Shown: piece after piece, positions 14,801-27,798 of the stretch
Position numbering within the stretch: the first letter of the stretch is position 1
Layout: every line of letters starts with the position of its first letter
Position numbers and translations under genes: made by a program
Notes under the pieces: generated by a model
What the model saw: the letters and a program-made list of their open reading frames with translations, nothing else
The model's database searches: none
Told to the model about the DNA's origin: nothing
Origin: Flaccisagitta enflata
Taxonomy: Eukaryota
Direction of reading: 5' to 3'
Length of the DNA stretch: 64,000 bases
NCBI GenBank assembly: GCA_965153355.1
Contig: OZ231126.1
Coordinates: forward strand, 43,276,001-43,340,000

Positions 14801-16972
14801 CATACATACGGACGGACAGACCCTCTTATAGAGATGCGAGGACGCATCTAAAAATGATCAGGGGTGGTTGGTGAGTGATTGGAGATGGATAAGCGGGATT
14901 TTTGAGGTAGGGTTAACGGACATACATACGGACACATACATACGGACGGACAGACCCTCTTATAGAGATGCGAGGACGCATCTAAAAATGATCAGGGGTG
15001 GTTGGTGAGTGATTGGAGATGGATAAGCGGGATTTTTGAGGTAGGGTTAACGGACATACATACGGACATACATACGGACGGACAGACCCTCTTATAGAGA
15101 TGCGAGGACGCATCTAAAAATGATCAGGGGTGGTTGGTGAGTGATTGGAGATGGATAAGCGGGATTTTTGAGGTAGGGTTAACGGACATACATACGGACA
15201 TACATACGGACGGACAGACCCTCTTATAGAGATGCGAGGACGCATCTAAAAATGATCAGGGGTGGTTGGTGAGTGATTGGAGATGGATAAGCGGGATTTT
15301 TGAGGTAGGGTTAACGGACATACATACGGACATACATACGGACGGACAGACCCTCTTATAGAGATGCGAGGACGCATCTAAAAATGATCAGGGGTGGTTG
15401 GTGAGTGATTGGAGATGGATAAGCGGGATTTTTGAGGTAGGGTTAACGGACATACATACGGACATACATACGGACGGACAGACCCTCTTATAGAGATGCG
15501 AGGACGCATCTAAAAATGATCAGGGGTGGTTGGTGAGTGATTGGAGATGGATAAGCGGGATTTTTGAGGTAGGGTTAACGGACATACATACGGACATACA
15601 TACGGACGGACAGACCCTCTTATAGAGATGCGAGGACGCATCTAAAAATGATCAGGGGTGGTTGGTGAGTGATTGGAGATGGATAAGCGGGATTTTTGAG
15701 GTAGGGTTAACGGACATACATACGGACATACATACGGACGGACAGACCCTCTTATAGAGATGCGAGGACGCATCTAAAAATGATCAGGGGTGGTTGGTGA
15801 GTGATTGGAGATGGATAAGCGGGATTTTTGAGGTAGGGTTAACGGACATACATACGGACATACATACGGACGGACAGACCCTCTTATAGAGATGCGAGGA
15901 CGCATCTAAAAATGATCAGGGGTGGTTGGTGAGTGATTGGAGATGGATAAGCGGGATTTTTGAGGTAGGGTTAACGGACATACATACGGACATACATACG
16001 GACGGACAGACCCTCTTATAGAGATGCGAGGACGCATCTAAAAATGATCAGGGGTGGTTGGTGAGTGATTGGAGATGGATAAGCGGGATTTTTGAGGTAG
16101 GGTTAACGGACATACATACGGACATACATACGGACGGACAGACCCTCTTATAGAGATGCGAGGACGCATCTAAAAATGATCAGGGGTGGTTGGTGAGTGA
16201 TTGGAGATGGATAAGCGGGATTTTTGAGGTAGGGTTAACGGACATACATACGGACATACATACGGACGGACAGACCCTCTTATAGAGATGCGAGGACGCA
16301 TCTAAAAATGATCAGGGGTGGTTGGTGAGTGATTGGAGATGGATAAGCGGGATTTTTGAGGTAGGGTTAACGGACATACATACGGACATACATACGGACG
16401 GACAGACCCTCTTATAGAGATGCGAGGACGCATCTAAAAATGATCAGGGGTGGTTGGTGAGTGATTGGAGATGGATAAGCGGGATTTTGGAGGTAGGGTT
16501 AACGGACATACATACGGACATACATACGGACGGACAGACCCTCTTATAGAGATGCGAGGACGCATCTAAAAATGATCAGGGGTGGTTGGTGAGTGATTGG
16601 AGATGGATAAGCGGGATTTTTGAGGTAGGGTTAACGGACATACATACGGACATACATACATACGGACGGACAGACCCTCTTATAGAGATGCGAGGACGCA
16701 TCTAAAAATGATCAGGGGTGGTTGGTGAGTGATTGGAGATGGATAAGCGGGATTGTGGAGGTAGGGTTAACGGACATACATACGGACATACATACGGACG
16801 GACAGACCCTCTTATAGAGATGCGAGGACGCATCTAAAAATGATCAGGGGTGGTTGGTGAGTGATTGGAGATGGATAAGCGGGATTTTTGAGGTAGGGTT
16901 AACGGACATACATACGGACATACATACGGACGGACAGACCCTCTTATAGAGATGCGAGGACGCATCTAAAAA
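11839..16972 (-). repeat. Tandem satellite, ~39 copies of a 132-bp unit derived from a Helentron-type 5' terminus
   Basis: Unit GAGATGCGAGGACGCATCTAAAAATGATCAGGGG...GGACAGACCCTCTTATA counted as 132 bp; five units = 660 bp, seen in line periodicity. Each unit has an AGATGCG-agga-CGCATCT hairpin, an A5 run and a GGAC/ATAC microsatellite. Confidence 0.95.
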
Positions 16973-17378
16973 GTGCGGACCTTTTTTGGGATGATTTTTT
17001 TCTCGACTTTTTTTCTCCTTGCACTGTATCGTCCATATACCATATGAATTAATTATGAATTGGTATTTACCCATGCAAAATCTGGCATGTTACAAGCGTG
17101 AACCTCGCTGAATGAGGACAAAAAAATTTCAACAGGCCCCGTGGTCCATTTTTCCCATACTGATATATAGTTTCCACATTTTGTGATGAACATCGCCATT
17201 TTTCAATAAATAACAGCATTTTTGCCTAACACTTTTTGTCATCAAAAAAAATTGTTTTTATAAGATGCTGACGGCTAGAATTCTTGCGTGAAATTATCAG
17301 AAAAACATAAAAATGATAAAATTGCACATACTGTAGCAAATGACCATTCTTGAACAAAAAATGGTCAAAAAAACTCCG

Positions 17379-17993
17379 CACTGCTGTCTCACAAAAGGTT
17401 TGAGACAAGAATGATATTACTATGCGGTTTTTTGCATTTTTGCAGAGTTTACGAGTATACAAACCAAGAACCATTGAGTAAAAAATCTTTTCCAAGGCGC
17501 TTTTTAAAAAAAATGAAAAATTCAAAATTTTTAACTTCATTTTGTATAGACCACTTTTCAGGTTGGCTTGACTTTTTTTTTGACAACCTAATGTTAATCC
17601 TGATAAAATTCCCTTTCATTTGATAGGTCGCACTATGTAGTTTTTGTAAAAAATGAAATTTTCCTCTTTTAAAGCCACCGTTACAAAATTACAACAGTGG
17701 CCTAAAATTAGAATATTTCATTTCTTATCAAACCATACAGTGTGACCTACCAAATAAATTGGATTTTTATTGGGATTAACATTATGCTGTCAAAAAATGG
17801 GTCAAACCAACCTAAAAAATTATTTATGCAAAATAATGCTAAAAATCTTTAAGTTTTCAATTTTTTAAAAAGCGCCTTGGAAAAGATTTTCAACTTGATG
17901 GATCTTGGTTTGTGTACTCATGAGCTATGCAAAAATGCAAAAAACTGCATAGTAATATCATTCTTGTCTTAAACCTTATGTGAGACACCAGTG
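17379..17993. mobile_element. Foldback MITE with CACTG...CAGTG ends and an apparent 4-bp TSD (TCCG)
   Basis: CACTGCTGTCTCACAAAAGGTTTGAGACAAGAATGATATTACTATGC pairs with GCATAGTAATATCATTCTTGTCTTAAACCTTATGTGAGACACCAGTG. TCCG flanks both sides. Confidence 0.8.
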
Positions 17994-18970
17994 TCCGGGA
18001 ACATGGTAAACCGGCGCTTAAGACCTCCCTGTACACTACTCTATTGAAATATTTTCAAAATTCGAGAAAAATTTTTTTACCATTTTTTGGGTCTCCGGGA
18101 TGGTTCTGAGCTGGGCAGTGGGTGGTTATTTTGGAGGGATTAATGATGGAAATTGAAAAATTGCTATGGTGGCGCCAAATGTATTGGCTTAATGTATCCA
18201 TAGCTGCTCCAAGCGTCCAAATCGGTTAAGGCGTCTAGGCTCTGAAAGAAAAAAAGAAATTTTACGCATGCTTGAAAATGGCCAAAATGCAAATTTTGTT
18301 GATTTTACCCTGAAACTTTGAATGTTTATATCTCCGCAGCCGTTTGTCGCAGTGAGCTCAAATTTCAGGTGAAGTAAGGGTAGATAACAGGTAACAATTC
18401 CACCAAAAATGAAATAATAGGTCATTTCTGCAATTTTAGACAAAAAATTTTTTTTCTAATAGGGCTTGTTCAAATTTTTTTTTGAAACTCTTAACTTGTG
18501 ATTAATTTTATCAGAAAATAACAATTGGCGGAATTCTTTATTTGAAAAAAAAAATTAAGAAAAAAAAATTTAAGAGCTGAAATTTTGCACACCTATTATT
18601 GAGTCTTAAAACTACTACCACACCAAAAATTAGGCAATTTTATCAAAATCTTGAAAAACTATTCCACTTTTTGTGTTTTTTTAGTTTTAGGTTGCATAGC
18701 CACAAACATAAGCGGAAAATCCCCAACAAAAAAGAAATTTGTGTAAACGTGTCTAACATACATTTAAAAAAAAAAATTGTTTCATATTTTAAGTCAAAAT
18801 TAGCAAAAAAAAAAAAAAAATTTTAGCTAAAAAAAAAAATGATTGGAATGGCTCTATAACCTAATTTAAACAACATAGTAGACCTATAGGTGCGTTATGT
18901 GGTAAAAAATTTGATTATGAATCCTTGCCATTTGGCAGATATGGCTTCCCAAAGTTATACAGGTCTTTGA

Positions 18971-19591
18971 TACTATCAGAAATATATAAAAATCATTATT
19001 TCCTCTTGTTCATTTTAAACTAGACCAATATTGACTTGAGGAATCAACTCAGACTGTTAAAAATGCTCTCAGGTCAATTTTTCGATCCACATGGCCTAAG
19101 GTTCTTTGGTCAAAAACCATATAAGGTCAAATATTCAAAATTTGAAATGTGCATATCTGATTGCAGATTCAGAATCTTTGTAAAAAACTGTATGTTGAAA
19201 GTGCCTTCCTTTTTCTAAAATTCTGACCAGAACACTGTCAAAATTGACGTTTTAGGTCAAAATTAGCAAAATTTTAAACAAAAGCGCAACTCTTACTCTA
19301 TTCATACCTTTAACGTCAAATTTGACAATGTTCTAGTTAGAATTTTGTAAAAGGAAGACACTTTTAACAGGCAGTTCTTTAGAGAGGATTCTGAATCTGC
19401 AATCAAATATGTATATTTCCCATTTTGAAAATTTGACTTTATATGGTTTTTGACCTGAGAACCTTAGGCCATGGGGATCGAAAAATTGCCCTGAGAACAT
19501 TTCTGATAGTCTGATTGGATTCCCCACCTGAATATTGGTCTAGTCTCAAATGGACGATAGCAAGTCATGATTTTTGATATTTTCTGAGAGT
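18971..19591. mobile_element. Degenerate foldback/MITE
   Basis: Inverted arms produce near-identical spurious ORFs on opposite strands (19036-19218 + and 19333-19527 -). Ends are approximate. Confidence 0.7.
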
Positions 19592-19655
19592 ATTACTCAT
19601 ACTGTAAGAATAAAGTAACAGAATGCCTAGGCTGAGATTCAGTTTTGACCATTTT

Positions 19656-19690
<35 letters not shown>

Positions 19691-20377
19691 AGTTTCTTAT
19701 CTATAAAGAATAGTAATTAATTTGTTTAGAAATGTAGGTTGTTAATCTTTTTAAATATTTTTTTTAAAGTTTGCTTATGAAATCAGGCAATATATAAAAA
19801 AAAACATGATAATTATCAAGTTTAAGATACAACTGTTCTAAATAAGGTATTTACGTACAATCTATACATTTATGAACATCGAAGAAATTAAGAACAGGCT
19901 GAAAACGACTGAAAATTTAAGAACACCTAGGCCAGAGGTCGAGGTGACCTGTTGATAATTTCCGCTCATTATCACTATTTTTTAACCATATGTCCGCCAC
20001 AGGGGCCCACAGAGGCCCACAGAAGAATTTCGGGCCCCTATACAATCCAAAAATCCGGGCCCCCCCCCCAACTCTCCCCCCCCCCCCTCCGCTTTGGCGC
20101 AACTGCCAGCGCAAATGGTAGCACATGGTTGTTGTATAGATTTTTTTTCAGTCTTTATACACTCAATCTGGAGAAGAAAATCCGAACACTTTTGTTATGT
20201 TGAAGTAAGCGTTTTGATCATTAATGAAAATTTAAAAATATAACAGCAGAAAGTTTCGCAAAATTTAAGTTATCAGCTAAGGGCCCGGTTTTGCATACCA
20301 TTCCTTCAGGGACATTGGTTTAGATCAGGCCCTCACAGCCCAATCTATAGTAGAAAACCATGACATTACTTTCCCAG

Positions 20378-20816
20378 GGAAAAGCCCGGATATCCCCGGT
20401 AAGAAATAATTAAAGTATGAAAATCCCCGATTATATACCCTATTAAATTTATGAAAAAAACGTTTTTGGGAATATAAAGGGGTGTCCCCCAGGGATGTCC
20501 CCTGGGAATGTCCCCTGTTGAGTAAGTTGAGTTATGCTGAATCACAAATTTTTCATGTAAAAGTAAAAATTAAGTTTGAATGGGGAATTCCCCAGGGATT
20601 TCCCTGAGGATTCCCCAAGAGGACTCCTTGTTGAAACTAACTGAGTTCTAGTTTTGCACAAAAAATCTGTGAATGAAAAAAACTTAACTCAACCGGGGAT
20701 ATCCCCAGGGGACATCCCCTGTTAGTCCCAAATCATTTCTTTCACAAACTTAAAGGGGGATATAACTGGGGATTTCCAGACTAATTATTTTCTATCGGGG
20801 ACATGGGGCTTTTTCC
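20378..20816. mobile_element. Degenerate foldback element rich in GGGGAT/ATCCCC motifs
   Basis: Arms such as GAAAAGCCC...AGAAATAATTA...AAATCCCCGATTATATACCC pair with GGGATATAACTGGGGATTT...TAATTATTTTCT...GGGCTTTTTC. Ends are approximate. Confidence 0.6.
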
Positions 20817-20886
20817 TCAAGCTGTGCCGTGTTACCGTGTTGCGTCAACAGTAAATGATTTTCTTCTCCATAAAACTATACTATAC

Positions 20887-20960
<74 letters not shown>

Positions 20961-22074
20961 AACGCGTGCGACGCGACTCTGCACCCCGATTCGTCCGTCT
21001 GCTAGTCGGTCGGTCAGTCCCCATTTTTTTGTTTTCATGTTTTTGCGGTCTTTGGCCTCACAGCTCCTGCCCAAATTCCCCAGTAACTCAAATACTGCCC
21101 CTGCCCATCCGCATGTTTTTTTTGTCTCCCCAACTCTCTTTCGCTACCTCTAATCCAAGTGACCTCAACACCTATTTGTGAAAATGAGTTCGGTAATATT
21201 GATTGGGAGTCGTTTATGGAAACAATTTTCAATTGGCATGAGTAAACATATGAATACGATAAAAAATGGAATAATAATTATTGAACCTACCCAAATCCCC
21301 TAGGTAAGAAAAGGTAAAAAAAGGTAAAAAAAGGTAAAAGGTAAAAAAGGTAAAAGGTAAAAAAGGTAAAAGGTAAAAAAAGGTAAAAAAAGTCAAGGTG
21401 CAAAAAAGGGCAAACAATTTGAGTATATATATCTTTTTCCAATAATACATTTAAAACTTGGTTTCTTAATTCTTTTCATATAATTCTCATTCCTTGGTGG
21501 AAGAGAAGCTGACGTTATATGTATATTTGCTTTGGTCTCTTCACAAAAGAATAAAAATATCAAATAGTATTTCTGTAAGCACCATTAAAAACTTATAATA
21601 TCGATAGGCGCGGATAGAGGGGCAGGTACAAAGTGCGCGCGCTCTTTCTCGAGCACAGACGGATGAACCAAAGGTAATCGCTGATTATGAACACTGGAAA
21701 TGAAGCATTGACGTTCTTCTTCTCAAACAATAAACAGCAACAGAAACAAAACTCCTTGGTCCTGTTGAGTCTAAGCAACTGAAGCAGAGTAGCTGGAGAT
21801 ATGCTGAATGTCTTCCTCCTCAGAGTTTAAGATACGGAAAACGCCAATGAATTTGTTGAAGCGCCTGTAGAGGAAGATGATTTTATTCCTTTTCAGATTT
21901 TCAGTCGCGTGCTCCGCAACTCTATACCCCACTTTGATTGTCCGTGGGTCTGTAGGTCCATCCGTCACATTTTACTAATTAATACATAAACATAAAAATC
22001 TAAATTTAACACTTACGAACAAATGCAACAAACAAAGCGGTGTCTCTGTGTCTGCGTGTCTGTGTGTCTGTTCG

Positions 22075-22159
<85 letters not shown>

Positions 22160-22241
22160 CAATTACGCAGATATAAATGTACATACGGCCATATATGCAC
22201 ATATGCGCGCGCGCGCACACACACACACACAGACACACACA

Positions 22242-22326
<85 letters not shown>

Positions 22327-22547
22327 TGCTTTAACTGTATCTTTGATTCCATCAAGCGAACGGTCGCTGTATTCTTTGGAAGGGGGTCGTCTATTCGCCT
22401 GTTGTCCCACTTAACTCGAAAGAGCGATTTGGAAGGGCGACTCCAGGAAACACCACATGGCTGCATTCAAAATTAAAAATGGCATGATTTAAAAACAAGG
22501 CTGGAAACACGGCTTCCCCAGTTGCGTGTGGGTGGGCAGGGACAGTA

Positions 22548-22850
22548 CAGACGGATCAATAATTTAGCGTGTGAAGGCGCCAAAATTTTTAGCAGCCCCC
22601 CCTACAGCCCAAATGGCTTGACTAATTTTCACTTTGAGGGCATCTCTGGACACCTTGGGAAAATTAACATGGCGCCACCGAGGCGATTTTTCAAATTCAA
22701 CCGTTAACCCCCCTAAATGACCACCCCTTGCCCACCCTGGAACCACCCCCAGAGATGCCTCAAGAGTGAAAATTGGTTAAGCCGTTTGGGCTGTAGGGGG
22801 GGCTGCTAAAACTTTTGGCGCCTGCACACGCTAAATTATTGCTCCGTCTG
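22548..22850. mobile_element. MITE with TA TSD inserted into a HINE remnant
   Basis: TA|CAGACGGATCAATAATTTAGCGTGTG ... CACACGCTAAATTATTGCTCCGTCTG|TA, TIR ~100 bp. The left flank (22494-22545) is a HINE terminus. Confidence 0.88.
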
Positions 22851-22983
22851 TAATCAAGGTCACTGGTGCATGTTGGCAGAAAGGCCAAAGACTGCAAAAG
22901 GAAAAAAATCTGAAAAGAGTATGGGTCCACGTTTGGGGTCAAACGGCAATAGTTTAAATGGCGTAGTCAAATGGCATAGACAA

Positions 22984-23286
22984 ACGGCGCTGTCAAACGG
23001 CGTTGTCCAACGGCGTTGTCCAACGGCGTTGTCCAACGGCGTTGTCCAACGGCGTTGTCCAACGGCGTTGTCCAACGGCGTTGTCCAATGGCGTTGTCCA
23101 ACGGCGTTGTCCAACGGCGTTGTCCAACGGCGTTGTCCATCGGCGTTGTCCAACGGCGTTGTCCAACGGCGTTGTCCAACGGCGTTGTCCAACGGCGTTG
23201 TCCAACGGCGTTGTCCAACGGCGTTGTCCAACGGCGTTGTCCAACGGCGTTGTCCAACGGCGTTGTCCAACGGCGTTGTCCAACGT
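22984..23286. repeat. 13-bp minisatellite (AACGGCGTTGTCC)n, ~22 copies
   Basis: Read directly. Near-perfect copies generate repetitive ORFs in all frames. Confidence 0.97.
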
Positions 23287-24564
23287 TTTTGGGCTTGATC
23301 GACGCAGAATTGAATTCTCAGGGCGTCCTCTTAATAGGCATCCAATATGGCGAGAATCCCAGGATTTAGGGCACTTCAGGGGGCCATAAGCTGTCTTAAC
23401 TTTCGGTTTAGACGCCAATTTCACCTTGTTATATCGAAAATCATAAAGCGCCTGTGCCTTTGTCATCATCTACAAAGAAATTACTAGCAAAAGTTGTTCT
23501 TCTGCCTTCCTCCTGATCTCTGTTTTAGCGGCCCTCTAGGGACACAAGGCAGAAAACGCAAAAAACATATGAACAATGCTGCGGCAGCATCAGGAGCAGC
23601 GGCAGAGGATTCAAAACAATGCGGCGGTCTCTTGATCGTTGAGGAATTTATGATAATAGTACACATTTAAAACTCAAAAGCGCAGTATGTTTTACTTTGA
23701 ACCAAGCATTGTCCACTTACACACAGCAAGTTAAGACAGCCCCTCATTCACTTATCCGAATCTTTCACTGGCGCTATGCGTTTTTAGCTTAAAATTCCAT
23801 GCCTACTCTTAACGTCTATCTAGCAACAGCTTGTCTGTATTAAATGATATCCACAAACATAAACACGTTTACTGTACCTTTAAACACTTGGTCGCTCAGA
23901 GTTAGGGTCCAGGGACTGAAAGGTCAACTTCAGAGCAACCAATCGACATTTTTTAAAAGAAAAAGCATTTTGTCTATATTATGGTCAAAACAATTTTTGT
24001 TGCTCAGAACCTTCAGCTTTTGACGTTATTTCATTTTTCATACACTTTTTTTATTTCATAAGCACCTTGTTTATAAGCACGACCAGCCTCAGATATTGGA
24101 AAAATTTAAGCACATTGCTAAGCACGCTCCAGGCTGAAATTTCCAAATAAAAAATTTTTTTAATGAATTTCTATTAATTTGCTAATTTTTAAAGATTTTT
24201 GGTTGGAAATTCATAAAAACAGATGGAATTTAATTTAAAATACTATATAAACTACGGGAAACCTTATAAAATATTATAATTTATTTTTATCAAATATATT
24301 TCTATTAAATGTTGTTAAAACAAATGCTAAACATTAAAGTCTAAAGATATTTTTATGATATTTATATCAAAAATTATATAATATTATTCAAATTATACTG
24401 AAATTCAAGTGTTTTTTTAAAATTCTATGAATATTACCTTTAGCGAAAATTTTTTTCAAGATTTGAAGCCTTTGTATGTTCTTAACATGCTTTTAATTTT
24501 GGGGTCATTCAAACTAGGTTCTTATAAAAAAAAAGTGTAGTTTATATGAAAGTAGGACAACATA

Positions 24565-25113
24565 CAGTAGATCTCGTCTAGACTTGAGATAACGGGGGCA
24601 AGCATTGTAGAAAAACAAATGAAGCCAGGGGAATGATATTTTAAACATAGATTAATAAGGGGATGCTTTATTGCCCATGATAGCTGGTTGCCATGGAAAC
24701 ACATTTCCATGTATTCTCGCTAAAGTATCAATATTTTGAGAGATTTTTTTAGGGAACATTGCTTAAAATGAAATTTGCTACAACTTTCCCACAGTATATT
24801 CTGTAAGAATGTCGCTCATTTAGCAGTTGCTAGGGGTTGTCACACATGGATACGCTCCCTAGCAACGGCCAAACGAGCGACATTCTTACAGAACATACTG
24901 TGGAAAAGTTGTAGCAAATTTTATTTTAAGCAATGTTCCCTAAAAAAATCTCTCAAAATATTGACACTGGGAAATGTGTTTCCATGGCAACCAGCTATCA
25001 TGGGGAATTAAGCATCCTTTGATTTTTCTATGATCCAAATATCGCTCCCCTGCTTTCATTCGTCTTTCCACAATGCTTGCCCCCGTTATCTCAAGTCTAG
25101 ATGAGATCTACTG
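24565..25113. mobile_element. 549-bp foldback MITE with TA TSD
   Basis: TA|CAGTAGATCTCGTCTAGACTTGAGATAACGGGGGCAAGCATTGT ... ACAATGCTTGCCCCCGTTATCTCAAGTCTAGATGAGATCTACTG|TA. Arms pair almost to the centre. Confidence 0.92.
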
Positions 25114-25167
25114 TACTTTTTTTTTACAAAATACATTCACTACTGTATTTTATATTATACTTTATTC

Positions 25168-25483
25168 CAGGCCTGTATATTCTTGAGTTTTCCCCCCCCC
25201 CAGTGGGGGGGGAGGAAAATCAAAGGGTCTGGAGATGGGGAAGGAAATGCAAGGGGGAAAAAAGAGAAAAAAAGAAATTTGGGGAAAATATAACTTTTTA
25301 CAGTACCAAATCATAAAACTCAATTAGTAAAACACATAATTAAACCTTAACTACATAGTTTTATTGCTATACGGGGAAGAAAATCATGGATATAAAAATG
25401 CGACGCGACGCGTCGCGGGGAAGAAAATCAAAGGCAGGGGGGGGGGGGAAAAATCAAAAGTGACTCAAGAATATACACCCCTG
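25168..25483 (+). mobile_element. hAT-type MITE, 8-bp TSD CTTTATTC (family copy 1)
   Basis: CAGGCCTGTATATTCTTGAG ... CTCAAGAATATACACCCCTG, flanked by CTTTATTC on both sides. Confidence 0.9.
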
Positions 25484-26372
25484 CTTTATTCTATGATATA
25501 CAATACTATACTATACTGTATTCTACACCCTACTGTGTACTTTCTATACTGAATAGGATAATTATTTAGCGATAAATAATAAGCACGCATTTAAGCCCAT
25601 TTCAGCCTAAAAATGAGATTTTGCTAAGCACGCTCAGCCTCAGCTAAAAACATTGCGTGCTTATAAAATAAAAAAAGTGTACTCAACCTACTTTGTAATG
25701 ACTAATGAGGATGAATACTTAATGTAGCACGGTTTTTTAAGAAGCGTTTTCTGCGTCACACTGCGTGTCTCTCTATGCTTTGGTAAGTTGCGCACGTGTA
25801 TGACAAAGAAACGAGGAGGATTGTTATCTCAAATAAATCGCACTTGTTCTACGGTTGCATGCAGCCACACTCGAACTATGGCGTGCTCTACTATCGGACA
25901 ATCTCCAAAAAATGTTTTTGCTATGGTTTTATACGTTTTATGAAAGAAAGATGACGCGCAATGATACATGTGAACTGAGACTCGGACTCTGAAAAAAAAG
26001 TGTTGGGGCGAGTTCTAGAAAATACGCATGCAATTCATTGACCATATTTTTTTGTCAATTTTGTTAATGAAAAATCATTTAACTTGAAAACGATACAAGC
26101 TGAAGATATATGGACCCCCTTGTTTTTTTTTTCGCGGCTTTATGTTTCCTAGGCGGGAAAAAATCCATGTTTGGAATCATAAGGAAGCAACTCTTACATC
26201 TTTACCTACCTGGGGGAATGGACGGATGGACGGAATGACAAACGGAAGTCCCGTGTTCTAAAGGACTTGGTCCCCTTCGGGTCCGCTGCCTGTTAAGCAA
26301 CTTTGTGACCTACGGAGGGACAGATGGACGGCAGACGGACGGACCGATGGACCAAAAAGAGGCTTATAGACT

Positions 26373-27398
26373 AATAGTCGCAGAAGCGTTAGATGGTCAG
26401 CAGTGCCCCTTGCCCTGCTTAAGTAGGTTGTGGTTGAAGTTGAGGGGGGAGCAGGGCAGCGGCCCCGAAAGGGTCGATGACCTAAGCTTTAACATATATG
26501 GGGAATTTTCTTCTCCTCCTCCTCCTTTTGGGCAGCGGCCCTGAAGTGGTCGATGACCTATACTTTCACACATATGGAGAGTTTTCTCCTCCTTCGTATC
26601 CCCCCTCAAATCCCAGTCTCAAGGCCCAAATTTCAGTCTCGAAGTCCAAATCCCAGTCTCAAGGCCCAAATCCAAGCCCCAAGGCCCAAATCCTAGCCTC
26701 TAGGCCCAAATTCTAGCCTGGAGGCCCAGATTCCAGCCTGAGGCCAAAATCTCAGTCTCAAGGTCATTCCCAGCTAAGAGACCCAGTTCCCAGCCTCGAG
26801 GCCCAAATCTCAGTCTCCAGGCTAGGATTTGGGCCTGGAGGCTAGGATTTGGGTCTTGGGGCTTGGATTTGGGCCTCAAGACTGGGATTTGGGCCTCAAG
26901 ACTGGAATTTGGGCCTTGAGACTGGGATTTGAGGGGGGGTATGGAGGAGGAGGAGAAAACTTCCCATATGTGTGAAAGCATAGGTCATTGACCTCTTGAT
27001 GGCCGCTGCCCTGCTCCCCCTTCAACTTTAACCACAACCAACTTAGGCAGGGCATGGGTACCAGTGACCATCTAACGCTTTTGCGACTATTTCTCCTCCT
27101 CCGCACCCCCCCTCCCCCAGCCTCCAGGCCCATATCTCAGCCTTGAAGCTATTCCAGCCTGAGGCAAATCCCTCTTGAGGCCCAAATCCCTTGAGGCTGG
27201 AATTTGGGCCTGGATTTGGGATTGGCCTCCAAGACCGGGATTTGGGCCTTGAGGCTGGGATCATGGGCCTAGGCTGAGATATGGGCCTGGAGGCTGGGAG
27301 AGGGTTTGAAGAGGAGAAGGAAGAAGAAGAAGGAGAGAGAAAATTCCCCATATGTGTGAAACCATAGTCATTCGAGTCTTGGGGCCGCTGCCCAAAAA
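26373..27398 (-). mobile_element. HINE-like family B copy (long subTIRs) with a second copy (26526-27091) nested in opposite orientation
   Basis: Termini AATAGTCGCA..AAGCGTTAGATGGTCA and GGGGCCGCTGCCCAAAAA, internal IR with GGGCAGCGGCCCC..ATGACCTA..TTTCACACATATGG, and degenerate ~21-bp internal repeats. Same family at 46688-47139, 47177-47683 and 57263-58040; a related subfamily at 59471-60160 and 62150-62791. Confidence 0.75.
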
Positions 27399-27445
27399 TT
27401 GTACATGACACAAGAAAACATAAAAATGTGACCCAAACAAATGAA

Positions 27446-27548
<103 letters not shown>

Positions 27549-27735
27549 GCAGACACACACGCCGACACACACTGACACACATACATAACAAATTCGAAAA
27601 CATAACTTGTAAACGTACCTTGTCACAGCATCTTTTGATACGTCGAAATCATTGTCTTCTTCGGGTTCTCGGGGGTGTGCTCGTCCTCGTCCTCGACGCC
27701 GACCTCGGCAAAAAATCGCTTGGGCAATCATCAAG

Positions 27736-27745
27736 NNNNNNNNNN
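27736..27745. other. Assembly gap (10 N)
   Basis: NNNNNNNNNN, 53 bp upstream of the Helentron ORF start. Confidence 1.
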
Positions 27746-27798
27746 AAGGCCCTTTTAAGGGCCAAAAATTGCTTCAATTCATTTTGAAATATTGAGCT

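Larger units (their letters stand above)
24043..25679. mobile_element. TA-flanked TIR element hosting nested MITEs
   Basis: TA|CACTTTTTTTATTTCATAAGCAC ... GTGCTTATAAAATAAAAAAAGTG|TA. An extra internal end lies near 24520-24539. Confidence 0.6.

Noticed and set aside
11839-16972. CRISPR-like array (hairpin repeat at regular spacing)
   Set aside because: The sequence between hairpins is identical from unit to unit (no unique spacers), there are no cas genes, and the context is eukaryotic.
22860-23389. Overlapping repetitive ORFs on both strands
   Set aside because: Artefact of a stop-free 13-bp minisatellite.
23430-23469. SH3-like ALYDF motif
   Set aside because: The downstream SH3 motifs (EL.F..GD, WW, G..P.NY) are absent.
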